Below are positions 39,974 through 50,960 of a stretch of 64,000 nt of DNA, piece after piece; the first letter of the stretch is position 1, and the number at the start of each line of letters is the position of its first letter. A program made the translations under genes and the position numbers. The DNA is taken from NCBI GenBank assembly GCA_963722385.1, contig CAVRKK010000002.1, forward strand, positions 1,056,001 through 1,120,000, read 5' to 3'. This DNA is from an uncultured bacterium (lineage in GTDB: Bacteria; Babelota; Babeliae; Babelales; Babelaceae). The notes under the pieces are model-generated. The model was not told where the DNA came from. It ran no database searches and worked only from the letters and a program-made list of their open reading frames with translations.

Positions 39974-40076
39974 CATACTTCCATGACCGAAGTCTCAATG
40001 CTTCGCAGATAATATGCTTTCTCGAAATCCATAATCCTGATGTAGAACAACATGATGAGTTGAGATAATCAGAAAT

Positions 40077-41642
40077 TTACATGTTATCTTTTATCGGTTC
40101 GCTGATCCAATCAAGGATAAGCTCTTTGTTTTTGTAGTTGAAAGATATACCAACAAGCGTTAAGGGCTTATTTTGATGAAGATATTTTTCATGGTAACGC
40201 TGATTAATAATTTGCTGGAGTGCTTCTTGCGCAGACTTATTAAATTTGAATTCAAAGATAAAGATTCTTTGAGGCATGGTAATAGCTAAATCAATTCTTC
40301 CCTTACTTGTATGTGTCTCTGGGTGAACCTCCACTCCCAATAATAATGCCATAAAGTGTAGGAGCGAATGATAATAACTTTCGCGTTCAACATGCAAATC
40401 ATAAGGAATGTTAGCAAGTAAACCAGAAATTATAGAGCAAAAAGTATCTAAATCATTGTGGTTTAATGCTTTTTTGATTTGAGAAATTATTCCTTCGACA
40501 GCTGTAACCTGAATATTGGCAAGCATACTAAGCATAAGGTGAGACATGGATAACTGAACTTCTTCATTTGGAAAGCCTAATGTGTAGAGGTTAGTTTGCT
40601 CGTTGTAATCTTTAATAGTTAAGTAACCTGCTTGTTGTAAAAGAATAAGAGGCGGAACCTTGCCTAAATTAAACGAGCCATTGAGCGTATCAAAGTTTAA
40701 TACCTTCTTATCCATTGTGCTTAGTTCTGAAGGATCTTTCTTAAGGAGGTTAACTAAAAAAGAGGGAGTTCCAGAAGTAAACCAATAGTTAGCACGGTCT
40801 TTATTCTTTAAGTAGTACAAAATAGAAAAAGGATTATATACATAGGTAGTTGCTTTTGAAAAACGATACCCATTGTACCAGATCTTTATCTCCCGGTATA
40901 CAGAATCAATCGCGATCTCTTTCTTTTTGGAATATTCTTCGATGTATAATTCGAAGTACATTCTGATTTCTTCTATGGTATATCCTAAAAGTGTGCTACT
41001 TTCTGGCAGAAGAGAAATATCGTTTAAGTTATTCATCCCAGAAAAGATTGATGTTTTAGCAAATTTAGTTACACCTGTTATAAAAATAGCATGGAAGTAT
41101 GCGTCAAGTCCCTTAATAGCATCATAAAAGCCATGCAATATTGCTCGTTGCTGTTCTGCCACAGCTATATTATCTATGTGGTCAAGAAGCGGTTTGTCAT
41201 ATTCATCAACCAAAAGAACGATTTTCCCTTTTTGAGCAAGCTGTGTAATTAAGTTATACGTTTTGTCCTCAAGAAGACCTTCATCAAGCGTGATGCCATA
41301 CGATTTTGCTATTAAACTAAGGCGGTTGCTTAAGCTTATCTCTAAATGCTCTGGCGTTCTATGAGCTATAGTGGAGAAATCTAGGTATATGATAGGATAC
41401 TCTGTCCAAGTATGACAGCCATACTTACCAATCCATAGATCTTCAAAAAGCCTTTTATTTCCTGCAAATATTTGCTTTATGGTGGAGATCAAAAGAGATT
41501 TGCCGAATCGACGCGGCCTTGATAAAAAATAAAGTCTCCCTTTAGCCAAGAGATTATCAATTTGTTCAGTCTTATCAATGTAAAGATAATTTTCAGTGAT
41601 CAGTGTTTCAAAGTCACTAACATCAACAGGGAGCTTTTTCAC
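40077..41642 (-). CDS. AAA-ATPase-like + PD-(D/E)XK nuclease protein
   Basis: RPRRFGKSL, LVDEYDKP, YNPFS, GRIDL...IFEFK; GTG start. Confidence 0.92.
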   Translation of the reverse strand: MKKLPVDVSDFETLITENYLYIDKTEQIDNLLAKGRLYFLSRPRRFGKSLLISTIKQIFAGNKRLFEDLWIGKYGCHTWTEYPIIYLDFSTIAHRTPEHLEISLSNRLSLIAKSYGITLDEGLLEDKTYNLITQLAQKGKIVLLVDEYDKPLLDHIDNIAVAEQQRAILHGFYDAIKGLDAYFHAIFITGVTKFAKTSIFSGMNNLNDISLLPESSTLLGYTIEEIRMYFELYIEEYSKKKEIAIDSVYREIKIWYNGYRFSKATTYVYNPFSILYYLKNKDRANYWFTSGTPSFLVNLLKKDPSELSTMDKKVLNFDTLNGSFNLGKVPPLILLQQAGYLTIKDYNEQTNLYTLGFPNEEVQLSMSHLMLSMLANIQVTAVEGIISQIKKALNHNDLDTFCSIISGLLANIPYDLHVERESYYHSLLHFMALLLGVEVHPETHTSKGRIDLAITMPQRIFIFEFKFNKSAQEALQQIINQRYHEKYLHQNKPLTLVGISFNYKNKELILDWISEPIKDNM

Positions 41643-41697
41643 AAGTGATCCTTCAGGTGGCTATTATTGGGCTATAATTGTGCTTAAAATTCTTCAT

Positions 41698-42462
41698 TTA
41701 TTGCGCCATATTGAGTAAATTTGTTACAATCACTTCTAGCTTTTGCAGAGTTGAATTCTCTTTTTTATCCCAACTACCTTCATAAGGGGGAAAGACAGAT
41801 TCTTTTTCCGGGGAAAAATGCCATGAAATTTGTTCACAAGTAGGTATGTCGAAATAAATTATATGAGTTATAAAATGTATGTCGCTTTTTTGGATTCCGT
41901 ATTTCCAGTCTTGCTCTTTAAAGAGCGACGATAAATTTATAATCAGTTGTTGTTTTTGCTTATAAATTTTCTGTTGATATTTTCCGTATGAGTTTTTGGC
42001 TGATATACTCTTATCTTCAACTTCCAAAGCAAGCCGAACTGCTCGTGCAAGCACATTGGTATCGACCAGCTTGTTAAGCCGCCGCTTGGCCTTGTTAGTA
42101 CCAATACCAGCAAATTTTCTTCGGTGTATTTGCAACTGTCTAATAAGATGTTCATTTTTTTCTTGAACAGCCACAATCCTTTTATGACGATCTTGTTCTT
42201 CATGCTCATAGTATTCAACAAGTTTTTCAAACTCGTTATCTAAGCATGTAAACAGCGGTTCCAAACTTCGGGAGCCATGAATACGTGAGTTATATAAAAT
42301 TTTTACTCTTTCTAAAGATACACCAAGCTGTGATGCTACGCTACGCATCGTCAGAACATTACAAGCATGCCTCAACTGATAGAGCTTAGTTATCATTGAA
42401 ACATCTATATTTTCTTTAAAATCATCAAAACCAGAATATGACGCAGGGCGCAAAAGAGGCAT
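41698..42462 (-). CDS. Hypothetical protein
   Basis: 254-aa ORF; C-terminal IYFDIP...QISWHF...WD pattern. Confidence 0.65.
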   Translation of the reverse strand: MPLLRPASYSGFDDFKENIDVSMITKLYQLRHACNVLTMRSVASQLGVSLERVKILYNSRIHGSRSLEPLFTCLDNEFEKLVEYYEHEEQDRHKRIVAVQEKNEHLIRQLQIHRRKFAGIGTNKAKRRLNKLVDTNVLARAVRLALEVEDKSISAKNSYGKYQQKIYKQKQQLIINLSSLFKEQDWKYGIQKSDIHFITHIIYFDIPTCEQISWHFSPEKESVFPPYEGSWDKKENSTLQKLEVIVTNLLNMAQ

Positions 42463-42951
42463 ACCATTCCATATAAGGATAAAATATACTGCTATTTTAG
42501 CATAAACCGTAACTAAGATCCACGTAGGTATAATAAGCTGATCTGGCTATTGGAGAATCTTAATATTTCCCTATTGCTTTTTTTGTGTCGGTAATGCCCT
42601 TTTTTCCAGAGTGTTTCTCAGTCTTGTTGCTAAACCGCAAAATTTTGAGCATTCTTCCACCGTATATAGGCGTGATGGATTACCGAAGCAATAGAAGGCT
42701 CTATAGCAGAAGAGAAAAGCTTGTCATAATCAGGTTTTCTGCGTCGATGCAAATGCTTCAGGTGGACCGCCCGGCGTTTCATGCTCGCGGCCACCTTATT
42801 TCTTGTACTAGGCGTGACGCGCAAAGCATTATATACCAATTAAATTAAAAGTCAGGCAAAATTTACATATTTTAGCAAAGTCAAACAAATTGCTTATTGT
42901 TCAGCAATGTAGTACAATTTTCTGCATCTACAATTACTCAAAGGGAAAAGC

Positions 42952-43176
42952 ATGGCAGGATATAGCTACAAAGAACTTTTGGATAAAAAGAATCAAGATG
43001 CCATAAGGGAGCGATTACTTATCGTTAACAGAAAAACAGGACTGTCGATTGCCAAAATGGCCGCTCAAATGGATATAAGCCCAACAACATTGCGCTCATT
43101 TCTGGTCGATGAAAAGAAAGCTATATATGCGGTCATATCAAAAATCTTGGGCTTCATAGAACAACACGAAGATTAA
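42952..43176 (+). CDS. Small HTH (XRE-like) protein
   Basis: GLSIAKMAAQMDISPTTLRSF; AAGGGA RBS. Confidence 0.7.
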   Translation: MAGYSYKELLDKKNQDAIRERLLIVNRKTGLSIAKMAAQMDISPTTLRSFLVDEKKAIYAVISKILGFIEQHED

Positions 43177-43309
43177 TAACTTGTTGATGAGAAAACCTTA
43201 TTTTTTAAACTGCTCGCTGTATTGATTTAACAAGCTTAAAAAAGTTGACGAAGTCATACTTTTTTATAAAAATTGCCTGTATACATAGTACACTTAACCG
43301 AGGACAAAA

Positions 43310-43975
43310 ATGATCACTACGGGATCTTTTGAAAACCCTGAAATAGTAGAAATAGTGCAAACAACTATCTCATTTGAGCCACTTGAGCAAAATTTACCTG
43401 CAGAGGTCGAAGCATTCAAAAATGAGTTTTTTTTAACTCCTGGGACCGATCCAAAAAAAACATATTATACTCTTGAACATCTCGTTGAAAAATATCCTCA
43501 GATCCCCACTTTAAGAAATTGGCGGCAAGTAGCATTTAAAGAAGCAGTCGCTGATGATGATGAACTTGCATTACTTATCTTAGAAGATTACAGAGAATTT
43601 CCCAATTACCTTTTTACACAGGCTGCGTATGCTCAATTATGTTTGAAGAACGGTAGGTGGGAAGAAGTGCCGGCAATTTTTAAAAATAAAATTATTTTAA
43701 ACGATGTTTACCCAGAGAGAAATATTTTTCATGTTACTGAATTCCTGGTTTTTTATTCACTTATGGGACAGTACCACTGTTATGCTAAAAATTTAGAAGT
43801 TGCTCAAAGCTACTTGCAAATAATAAGCGAAATAGACGCAGAACATCCTGCAGTTAATTTGTTATTGTCAACTATTCTGAGATTTTTGCCTGAGGAACTT
43901 TGCCGCAGAATTTTTGCTATGAAAAATAAGAACAAAAGAAAAGCAAAACCTGTGCAGCGAAAACGCCGTAAATAG
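43310..43975 (+). CDS. Hypothetical TPR-like helical protein with basic tail
   Basis: GAGGA RBS, TTGACG promoter upstream; ends KRKAKPVQRKRRK. Confidence 0.7.
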   Translation: MITTGSFENPEIVEIVQTTISFEPLEQNLPAEVEAFKNEFFLTPGTDPKKTYYTLEHLVEKYPQIPTLRNWRQVAFKEAVADDDELALLILEDYREFPNYLFTQAAYAQLCLKNGRWEEVPAIFKNKIILNDVYPERNIFHVTEFLVFYSLMGQYHCYAKNLEVAQSYLQIISEIDAEHPAVNLLLSTILRFLPEELCRRIFAMKNKNKRKAKPVQRKRRK

Positions 43976-44155
43976 AGTTTGCATTACAAAAGCGGCTTGG
44001 TATAATTATCGCACATCCAGCGCTTTCTTTGGCAAATCTTCCTTAAAATATCTCAGTGAAGAGCATATGATACAGTTTGTAATCTACCAAAATAGGCAAT
44101 TTAACTTTTAGGCTTTGTTAGAGGGTTTGCTGAGAACCAAATTTTCTTGATTTGC

Positions 44156-44545
44156 TTATCGAGGAGTTTGGCACATGTAGATTACGTTGCCATACAGGTC
44201 CTCGAATGAAGCACCGATACCCCAGGGATGCTCTTGAGGTCCTTCCAAAAACTTTACGCCATGCTTGCTGAGTATTTCGTAATCTTTTCTACAATCGTCG
44301 GTTTCAAGATTAAAGAAGGGCTTTGAGCCGCCTTGTTTGCCCACGACCGCTTTGTCTTCAGGTGTTTCAGCGAGCATAAGGGCAAGCTCAAAATTTTTAT
44401 CGGATGCCAAATTTATGGTGAGCCAGCGCATGCCGCCAAACATTTCGTCAGTATGTACCTTAAACCCCAATTTTTCAGTATAAAAGCGGAGAGCGTCGTC
44501 TTGATTGTTTACTATGACCGTCATGTGGGTAACTTTAGTGAACAT
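44156..44545 (-). CDS. VOC/glyoxalase family protein
   Basis: V.NQDDAL.FYTEKLGF, RWLT, PWG..A.FEDLYGN. Confidence 0.92.
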   Translation of the reverse strand: MFTKVTHMTVIVNNQDDALRFYTEKLGFKVHTDEMFGGMRWLTINLASDKNFELALMLAETPEDKAVVGKQGGSKPFFNLETDDCRKDYEILSKHGVKFLEGPQEHPWGIGASFEDLYGNVIYMCQTPR

Positions 44546-44614
44546 GTTCGCATCCTTGTTATTAAGACTTTTTACTGAAACAAGTCTATCGAATGGGCTG
44601 AAAAATACAAGAAT

Positions 44615-46621
44615 CTATTTTCGGAACCATTGCCTAAAATAGGTCATGAAGCTCATGTTCCCCCAAAGTGAGGCTTCTTGATGAGTAATGTGCGTAATGT
44701 CGACAAGTTCCTTAAGAAAGCGGGATGCTCGCTGATCACTTCTTTGACCGTAGGTCGACCGAAAGCGAGCGTGGGTAATGAGAAGGAAGGATTGTGCGCG
44801 GGTAATGCCAACATAAAAAAGGCGACGCTCTTCTTCGATTGACTCGCTGTTTAAGAGAGCGTGGCCGCTTGGCAAGATTCCTTCTTCGAGGCCAGTTATG
44901 AGGACGGTGTCAAATTCGAGACCTTTCGCTGCATGAAGTGTCATCAGAGAGACGTAGTCTTGATCTTCAAGCCGGGTTGTTTTGTCTTCTTGTAAAAGAG
45001 CAATCTCTTCGAGAAAGCCATGCACGCTGCGCGTGCCTTGTTCCTGGCGTGAACGCGCTGCTTGTAAGAGCTCTTTGACATTGTCCTGGCGTTCAAGAGC
45101 TTCTGCTTTCTCGTAACTTTGTTGCAGGTACGTAAAGTATCCCGTATGTTTAATGATATGCTCTAAAGCACTGCTCGGCAGCGTATCGTCTGGTAATGAC
45201 GTAAAGAGAGCAAGAAACTGCTGTAATGCTTCTCGCTTGGCCGGGTTGATAAGCTCAATCAAAAGCTCACTCACCTCTTTAAAATTTAAAAAAGGATGTT
45301 GCTCCCAGTGAGCCAAAAAGAGCTCTTGAAACTTATCGCCCAATCCTCTATTTGGTGTGTTAATGACCCGCGCCCACGAGACACGGTCAAACGGATTTAC
45401 CAAAAGCCGCAGATAACCCAGCAGGTCTTTTACTTCTTGCCTATTATAAAATTGTATGCCCCCAATGATAAGGTAGGGTATAGAATTTTTAATAAGCGCT
45501 TCTTCAAGTGCGCGCGACTGGTAATGGGATCGATAGAAAGCTGCTATGGTGCGCAAAGAACGCTTTTGTACAATATGATGTTTGCAGAGTTCCGCGAGAG
45601 CTTGCCCTTCTTGCGTGCCTGAAGCACAGGTAATAAGGCGTACCCGATCAGTGCCTTGTTTTTCTGACCATAAATTTTTGGTTTTTCGCTGGCTATTATG
45701 CTTAATAAGTTGATTGGCTGCGTCGAGAATTGGCTGGGCTGAGCGGTAATTTTGATCAAGGGTTAGCGAGTCGGCATAAGGAAAATCGTCCTTAAAGCTT
45801 ATCATGGTACCGGCAACCGCTCCTCGCCAGGAATAAATTGATTGATCTTCATCGCCTACCACGCATAAAGAATCAAGGCTTAAGGTTTTTTTATTGTTCA
45901 GGCTCATTTCTCGGATAAGTGCGTGTTGGACACTATTGGTATCTTGATATTCATCAACAAGAATGTGGCGTATGTGCTCATGATGTTGTTGCTTGATGGA
46001 AGGCTCGGTTTTAAAGAGCTTTAACGTGATCAGCAGCAAGTCGTCAAAATCGTAGCACTGGGATGTCGTTTTCTCTTTTTCATAAAATTGGCAGAGCTCA
46101 CGAATAAGCGGGTCAGGGATTTGTTCGTAATGTATAATGCCGAGAGGGGAACTATTTTTGATTCGCGAAATGGCGCTGCTTACCTGGCGCGGCGTTATGC
46201 GCTTGGTTAAGTTATTTTTGACGAGAATGCTTTTGAGCAGCTTCTCTTGGTCATCATCGTCAAGAATAGTAAAATCTGGAATTTCAAGAAACTTTTTATG
46301 AATTTTTAAGAATTTTACACAATAGGAATGGAAGGTTCCTACAAAGGGAAGGTCGCGAGTAAAGCCTAAGAAATGGAGAACTCTCTCTTTCATTTCTCTT
46401 GCTGCCTTATTGGTAAAGGTGAGGGCAAGGAGTGAGCGGGCAGGTATTGCATGATTGAGCATTAACGATGTAATGCGTGCCGTGATGATACGAGTTTTGC
46501 CCGAGCCAGCACCTGCATGTATCACCATAGCGCCATGAACGCGATCTACGACGCTTCTCTGGTGCTCATTGAGGTTTTCTTTGCAAAAACTATCAAATGC
46601 GCTGCGTAAGTCATCTTGCAT
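44615..46621 (-). CDS. uvrD: UvrD/PcrA SF1 DNA helicase
   Basis: AGAGSGKT, TFTNKAA, VDEYQD, VGDEDQSIYSWRGA, QNYRS, TLHAAKGLEF, EERRLFYVGITRA. Confidence 0.95.
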   Translation of the reverse strand: MQDDLRSAFDSFCKENLNEHQRSVVDRVHGAMVIHAGAGSGKTRIITARITSLMLNHAIPARSLLALTFTNKAAREMKERVLHFLGFTRDLPFVGTFHSYCVKFLKIHKKFLEIPDFTILDDDDQEKLLKSILVKNNLTKRITPRQVSSAISRIKNSSPLGIIHYEQIPDPLIRELCQFYEKEKTTSQCYDFDDLLLITLKLFKTEPSIKQQHHEHIRHILVDEYQDTNSVQHALIREMSLNNKKTLSLDSLCVVGDEDQSIYSWRGAVAGTMISFKDDFPYADSLTLDQNYRSAQPILDAANQLIKHNSQRKTKNLWSEKQGTDRVRLITCASGTQEGQALAELCKHHIVQKRSLRTIAAFYRSHYQSRALEEALIKNSIPYLIIGGIQFYNRQEVKDLLGYLRLLVNPFDRVSWARVINTPNRGLGDKFQELFLAHWEQHPFLNFKEVSELLIELINPAKREALQQFLALFTSLPDDTLPSSALEHIIKHTGYFTYLQQSYEKAEALERQDNVKELLQAARSRQEQGTRSVHGFLEEIALLQEDKTTRLEDQDYVSLMTLHAAKGLEFDTVLITGLEEGILPSGHALLNSESIEEERRLFYVGITRAQSFLLITHARFRSTYGQRSDQRASRFLKELVDITHITHQEASLWGNMSFMTYFRQWFRK

Positions 46622-46785
46622 AAAAAATGATTGCCTAAAAATTGAGTATAACGTGACTAAGTTTACCATATCCTGAAAATGCAACAAGAGCTTATAATTT
46701 TGGCTGAGCTATGTTGAAAATTCCGCGTTGATTTTTTAATTCTATTTGATATGATTGATTTATTGATTATATTTAGGGATTTATT

Positions 46786-47340
46786 GTGAAAAATATTTGC
46801 AAGATCATCATGATTGCTGGTTTGCTCAGCCTAAGTTGTTTAACACAAGGAAGTTCCACCAGATTAAGCGAATTTGCAAAAAATACTTTTAGTTTGCCAT
46901 TCCTAAGCTTTGCTTTCGTGTGGGTATTAGCTGAGCATAAGATGCCGGAATTTATTCATGAAGTAGGTCAAGGAGCACGTGATGCACTTTGGCTTGCAAC
47001 AATTGGACGGTTTGGGCAACGTGAGCAACAGCCTTTTGAAGAAAAGAGTGCCATCAATAAACTGGGTTTTTTGACGGGTGCTGCCACTTCCTTCCATCTT
47101 CTTGCCACTATGCTTGTTGAATTTCGGCTTTTATATATGAAAAATAGTTGGGTTGCTGATTCTATATTTATTTACTGCTGCGTGCTTAAGATACTAGAGG
47201 TCATGGCGTGGTTCGCTAATATTGGTTATCCGCTCGCTATGGTAATAGATTGGATCTATTCTCAAGCTCAAAATGTATTGGGGCATAAGCCAGAATTAGC
47301 ACTGCTGAGTGAAGTTTCGCTCAATCAGACCTTACCATAA
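46786..47340 (+). CDS. Hypothetical membrane protein
   Basis: Signal-like N-terminus and several hydrophobic segments. Confidence 0.65.
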   Translation: MKNICKIIMIAGLLSLSCLTQGSSTRLSEFAKNTFSLPFLSFAFVWVLAEHKMPEFIHEVGQGARDALWLATIGRFGQREQQPFEEKSAINKLGFLTGAATSFHLLATMLVEFRLLYMKNSWVADSIFIYCCVLKILEVMAWFANIGYPLAMVIDWIYSQAQNVLGHKPELALLSEVSLNQTLP

Positions 47341-47436
47341 GCCCGTATCAGCGAGCATTATTTTCTTTTCTTGCAAAATAGAGCCCTTCCTCTTTACCCT
47401 TAAATGAGTTGGCGCCTGCTAACAAAAGGGGGGAAT

Positions 47437-48237
47437 ATGAAGACGTCGTGGAAGGGATCATTAACGTTTGGTCTGGTAGACATACAAATTGAGCTGTATT
47501 CAGCCATCCAACCCCATTCTATTGGCTTTAAGTTATTGCATGCCAAATGCCATACCCCCATTAGTTACCTTCGATGGTGCTCCCATTGTAAGCAAGAGGT
47601 TGCCTGGGATGAAATTGAGAAGGGTATTCAGCTTAAAGATGGCACCTACTTTATTATAACTCCTGAAAATTTAAAGAAATTACGACCAAGGAAGACTGAA
47701 AATATTGCAATTGTAGAATTTGTCGATGCTCAGGCGGTAGATCCTGTCCTTTATGATAAGCATTATTACGTCATGCCTGCCAAGGCTCCCTATCATGCAT
47801 TTTTTTTGTTTGCGGCGGCGCTTGCTGATGTAAGCAAGATAGCAATAGGGCAATTTGTCATGCGTGACAAGCAGTATGTCTGCGCCATACGGCCGTATAG
47901 AAACATTATGCTTTTAACGATGCTTAATTATGGTTATGAGGTAAAAAAATTAGCCAAGATGGATGAGTTAGAGGCGCCAAAATTAGATACAAAAGAACTC
48001 AAGTTGGCTGAGATGCTTATGAGCAAGCTCTATCATAAGAAGTTTGATATAGAGCAGTATAAAGATACTTTTGCACTTGAGCTCGTAAAGAAGATTACTG
48101 AGCTTAAAAAAGGCGTTGCCATACCTGAAAAAGAAAAAGTAGTGGAAAAGCCGAAGCCGGTTTCGCTTATCAAGGCGCTTGAAGCGAGCTTAAGCCAGCT
48201 TGAAGAACCTAAGGCGAAAAAGTCAGCACGTGCTTGA
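47437..48237 (+). CDS. ku: Ku protein (NHEJ)
   Basis: WKGSLTFGLV.I...LYSA, I.KG, FV....VDP..YDK.YY, Y.D.F. Confidence 0.93.
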   Translation: MKTSWKGSLTFGLVDIQIELYSAIQPHSIGFKLLHAKCHTPISYLRWCSHCKQEVAWDEIEKGIQLKDGTYFIITPENLKKLRPRKTENIAIVEFVDAQAVDPVLYDKHYYVMPAKAPYHAFFLFAAALADVSKIAIGQFVMRDKQYVCAIRPYRNIMLLTMLNYGYEVKKLAKMDELEAPKLDTKELKLAEMLMSKLYHKKFDIEQYKDTFALELVKKITELKKGVAIPEKEKVVEKPKPVSLIKALEASLSQLEEPKAKKSARA

Positions 48238-48253
48238 GAATAAGGAGATGATG

Positions 48254-48712
48254 ATGGATATCATGAGCAAAGAGCAAAGAGAAGCCTGCGATGCCTGCAT
48301 GAGGGCCTGTACAAGGTGCCGTGATATCGGTGAAAAAATAATCGGCAGCAATGCCAAGGGGGGAACGCTTGCAAGCGCTGAAGAGTATCTTGATTCCTGT
48401 CATGCCTGTATAGCTGCTTGTACGGCGCATATTAAGCATTTACAGGAGTATATAAAAAAGGCCACCGACCCGCATGAGGCAGCAAAAGCTCAAGAGTGTG
48501 TACAGGCTTGCCAGAAGTGTATCGCTGCGTGCGAAGAGTGTGTTCGCGTAATTGAATCAACTGAGCCAACAATTCCCATTCTTGAATCGGGTTATGGCAA
48601 GTCAGCGGTTCATGCATGCTTTATTGCGCTACAAGCGTGCGAAGCATGTATTAAAACATGCAAAAAGATGCTTGAAGGACAGCCGCCGCTCACCATGCCG
48701 CCCGTATGTTGA
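48254..48712 (+). CDS. Cys-rich four-helix-bundle copper-storage-like protein
   Basis: Repeated C..C...C..C helices; AAGGAG RBS; operonic with ku. Confidence 0.7.
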   Translation: MDIMSKEQREACDACMRACTRCRDIGEKIIGSNAKGGTLASAEEYLDSCHACIAACTAHIKHLQEYIKKATDPHEAAKAQECVQACQKCIAACEECVRVIESTEPTIPILESGYGKSAVHACFIALQACEACIKTCKKMLEGQPPLTMPPVC

Positions 48713-48734
48713 GATAGATAAATTGATATAAAAA

Positions 48735-48762
48735 AAATCAGGGACTATCAAGTCCCTGATTT
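48735..48762. terminator. Bidirectional terminator between convergent genes
   Basis: AAATCAGGGACT-atca-AGTCCCTGATTT. Confidence 0.75.
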
Positions 48763-48784
48763 AAGACGCTTTGCCAATGTACTT

Positions 48785-49546
48785 TTAGGTAGGAATCTGT
48801 GCTTGCTCGTGTTCGAGCGCGCCTTCTTTTTCAGTACCGGTCTCTTGTTCGAGAAGTAATTTTATGAAGAAACTAGCAGCATCGTTGAGTTTGGCGGATA
48901 AAGCTTCAGATTGTGCAACATAAGGAGCCTTTGCTTCTTCTGCTTCTTTTTTTGCTTGGTCATAAGGTTTACCAGCATCGATGACTTGCTTTATGAGAGC
49001 ATAATATTTCGCGCTGCCGGCAACGCTCAAACAGTGCCTAGCTTTTGCCAAACGCCCATCTTCCTCGTAAATTTCTGCAAGGGCAGAGGCTCTCTCACCG
49101 GCATTTGTTGCCTTAACATCAATATCTTCGCATTTATTTGGATCGATCTCAAAAATGTTAAGTAATTTGCTGACAAGCTTGCTTATAGTGTAGCGAGCTT
49201 CTACTTTTTGGAAAAGGGCGAGGGTTTTTTCAAGTGCACTACGAATATCTTCTAAGCGGTTTTTAGATTTTTCATCTCCCTTTTCAGCCGCATTTTCGAG
49301 GCATCTGACAGCCTTGCCGAGCCGAGTTAGTTCTAAGTAATGGTTAGCAAGGTCATATTGTGCTTCGGGCTTTTCATGGGCCCAGCCTGCGTCGCATAAA
49401 TTTGGTTGCTGTTTGCTCATTTGCCTGAGATAGGTAATGGCGGTAGCATAGGCAAGAGCATCAATAGAACTATACTTTGTTGGCGCGCTCAAGAGGGAGC
49501 TGGTAAGCCCCGCCAAGCCTAGGATAAGTGCGTTTTTGAGATTCAT
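48785..49546 (-). CDS. Secreted protein with Sel1/TPR-like repeats
   Basis: Signal peptide; EAQYDLANHY...KAVRCLENAAEKGD and a second similar unit. Confidence 0.75.
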   Translation of the reverse strand: MNLKNALILGLAGLTSSLLSAPTKYSSIDALAYATAITYLRQMSKQQPNLCDAGWAHEKPEAQYDLANHYLELTRLGKAVRCLENAAEKGDEKSKNRLEDIRSALEKTLALFQKVEARYTISKLVSKLLNIFEIDPNKCEDIDVKATNAGERASALAEIYEEDGRLAKARHCLSVAGSAKYYALIKQVIDAGKPYDQAKKEAEEAKAPYVAQSEALSAKLNDAASFFIKLLLEQETGTEKEGALEHEQAQIPT

Positions 49547-49655
49547 GGTAAACTCCTGATAAAATATGGGTAATAGTAACTCTATGATCTAGTATAAACT
49601 ATATATCCAAAAAAGATCAATATTTTTCAATAGTATTAAAGTTAATTGCTAATAA

Positions 49656-50954
49656 TTAAATAATTATGGTGAGCAATTCGTGCCAGTTAGTAGTAAAGCA
49701 AGCTGATTTTTTGGCCTGGTGCATATTCCAAGGTCTTTTGAAGCCCTCGCTGGCAAATAAGAGTCTATTCCTTCCCCATTTATTATTGACGTTGTCGAGG
49801 GTACTCATAAAATCGTCATATTTTTTTCTTGTATCTTTAAGTGGGACGAATGTGCTCATTTGTAAACAATCCCGCGATACGAAATCTGCTATGATGACGC
49901 CCACTTTTTTATACGTTAAGCCAGGCTTAAAAATCTGCTTGAGGCAGTGGTGAGCAGCATTGACGAGGTCGGGTGTATAATCTGTTGCCAGCGGTAATTG
50001 GCAGTGGGTTGATGCAAAGTAATTTTTAGGATCATGATACTGATTGGTTAAGGCAAATACGGTTATATGCTGGGCAAGTGATTGTTGGGAGCGCAGTTTT
50101 GCTGCAGCGCAGGCAACATAATGAGCGAGTGCCTCTTTGGCATATGATAAGTCAGTTACTTTCTGGCCAAATGACCGTGATACCGTGATTGACTGCTTTG
50201 GCTCAGGGCAATCCTGGAGTGATAGGCATGGTTGTCCTCGTATTTCGAGCAAAGTTTTATGACCAACAATAGTGAGGTGCTTGCGAATCCATTTTTCATC
50301 AGCGTACTTAAAGTCACAGGCGCTCAAAATTTTATTGGTTTGTAATAATTTGGCATAGCGATAGCCGATGCCCCATACATCCCCAATATCAATTGATGAC
50401 AAAATCGTATCAATGGTAGGGTGATCCGTTATATCAAAAGCTCCTTTGTATTGAGGATTTTTCTTAGCGAGCCTATTGGCAATTTTGGCAAGCGTCTTGG
50501 TAGGGCCGATGCCGATAGATACGGGAATGCCGGTATGTTGTTGTACGATTGTTCTAAGAAAGTGTGCATAGCTAAGATAGTAATTATTATCTTTCTGAGA
50601 AATGCCAAGAATGGGGAAATGCGTGGGTGCGAAAAGAAATGCTTCGTCAACCGAATAGATTTCGATATCGGCGGCATGGAGGGCTAATGTTTGCATAACA
50701 CGCTGTGACATGTCACCATAGAGTGCAAAATTTGCCGAGTAAACGAGCACCTTATGCTTTTTCAGGAAGCTTTCCCATTCAAAGGTGGGTGCACCCATGG
50801 GGATACCAAGGGCTTTGGCTTCATTCGAGCGAGCGATGATACAGGCGTCATTGCTGCCAAGCACGATGACCGGCTTGTTGTGGAGCGTCGGGTTAAAAAC
50901 GCGTTCACAGGAGACGTAAAAGTTATTGCAGTCGACGAGGAAAAAGCGCTTCAT
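49656..50954 (-). CDS. umuC: Y-family DNA polymerase V catalytic subunit
   Basis: VDCNNFYVSCE, YSVDEAF, IGPTKTLAK.AN, C-terminal W.M......FTT.W. Confidence 0.94.
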   Translation of the reverse strand: MKRFFLVDCNNFYVSCERVFNPTLHNKPVIVLGSNDACIIARSNEAKALGIPMGAPTFEWESFLKKHKVLVYSANFALYGDMSQRVMQTLALHAADIEIYSVDEAFLFAPTHFPILGISQKDNNYYLSYAHFLRTIVQQHTGIPVSIGIGPTKTLAKIANRLAKKNPQYKGAFDITDHPTIDTILSSIDIGDVWGIGYRYAKLLQTNKILSACDFKYADEKWIRKHLTIVGHKTLLEIRGQPCLSLQDCPEPKQSITVSRSFGQKVTDLSYAKEALAHYVACAAAKLRSQQSLAQHITVFALTNQYHDPKNYFASTHCQLPLATDYTPDLVNAAHHCLKQIFKPGLTYKKVGVIIADFVSRDCLQMSTFVPLKDTRKKYDDFMSTLDNVNNKWGRNRLLFASEGFKRPWNMHQAKKSACFTTNWHELLTIII

Positions 50955-50960
50955 GGTTGC

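Noticed and set aside
28000..43200. Prophage or integrative element
   Set aside because: No integrase, structural, replication or conjugation genes and no tRNA attachment site
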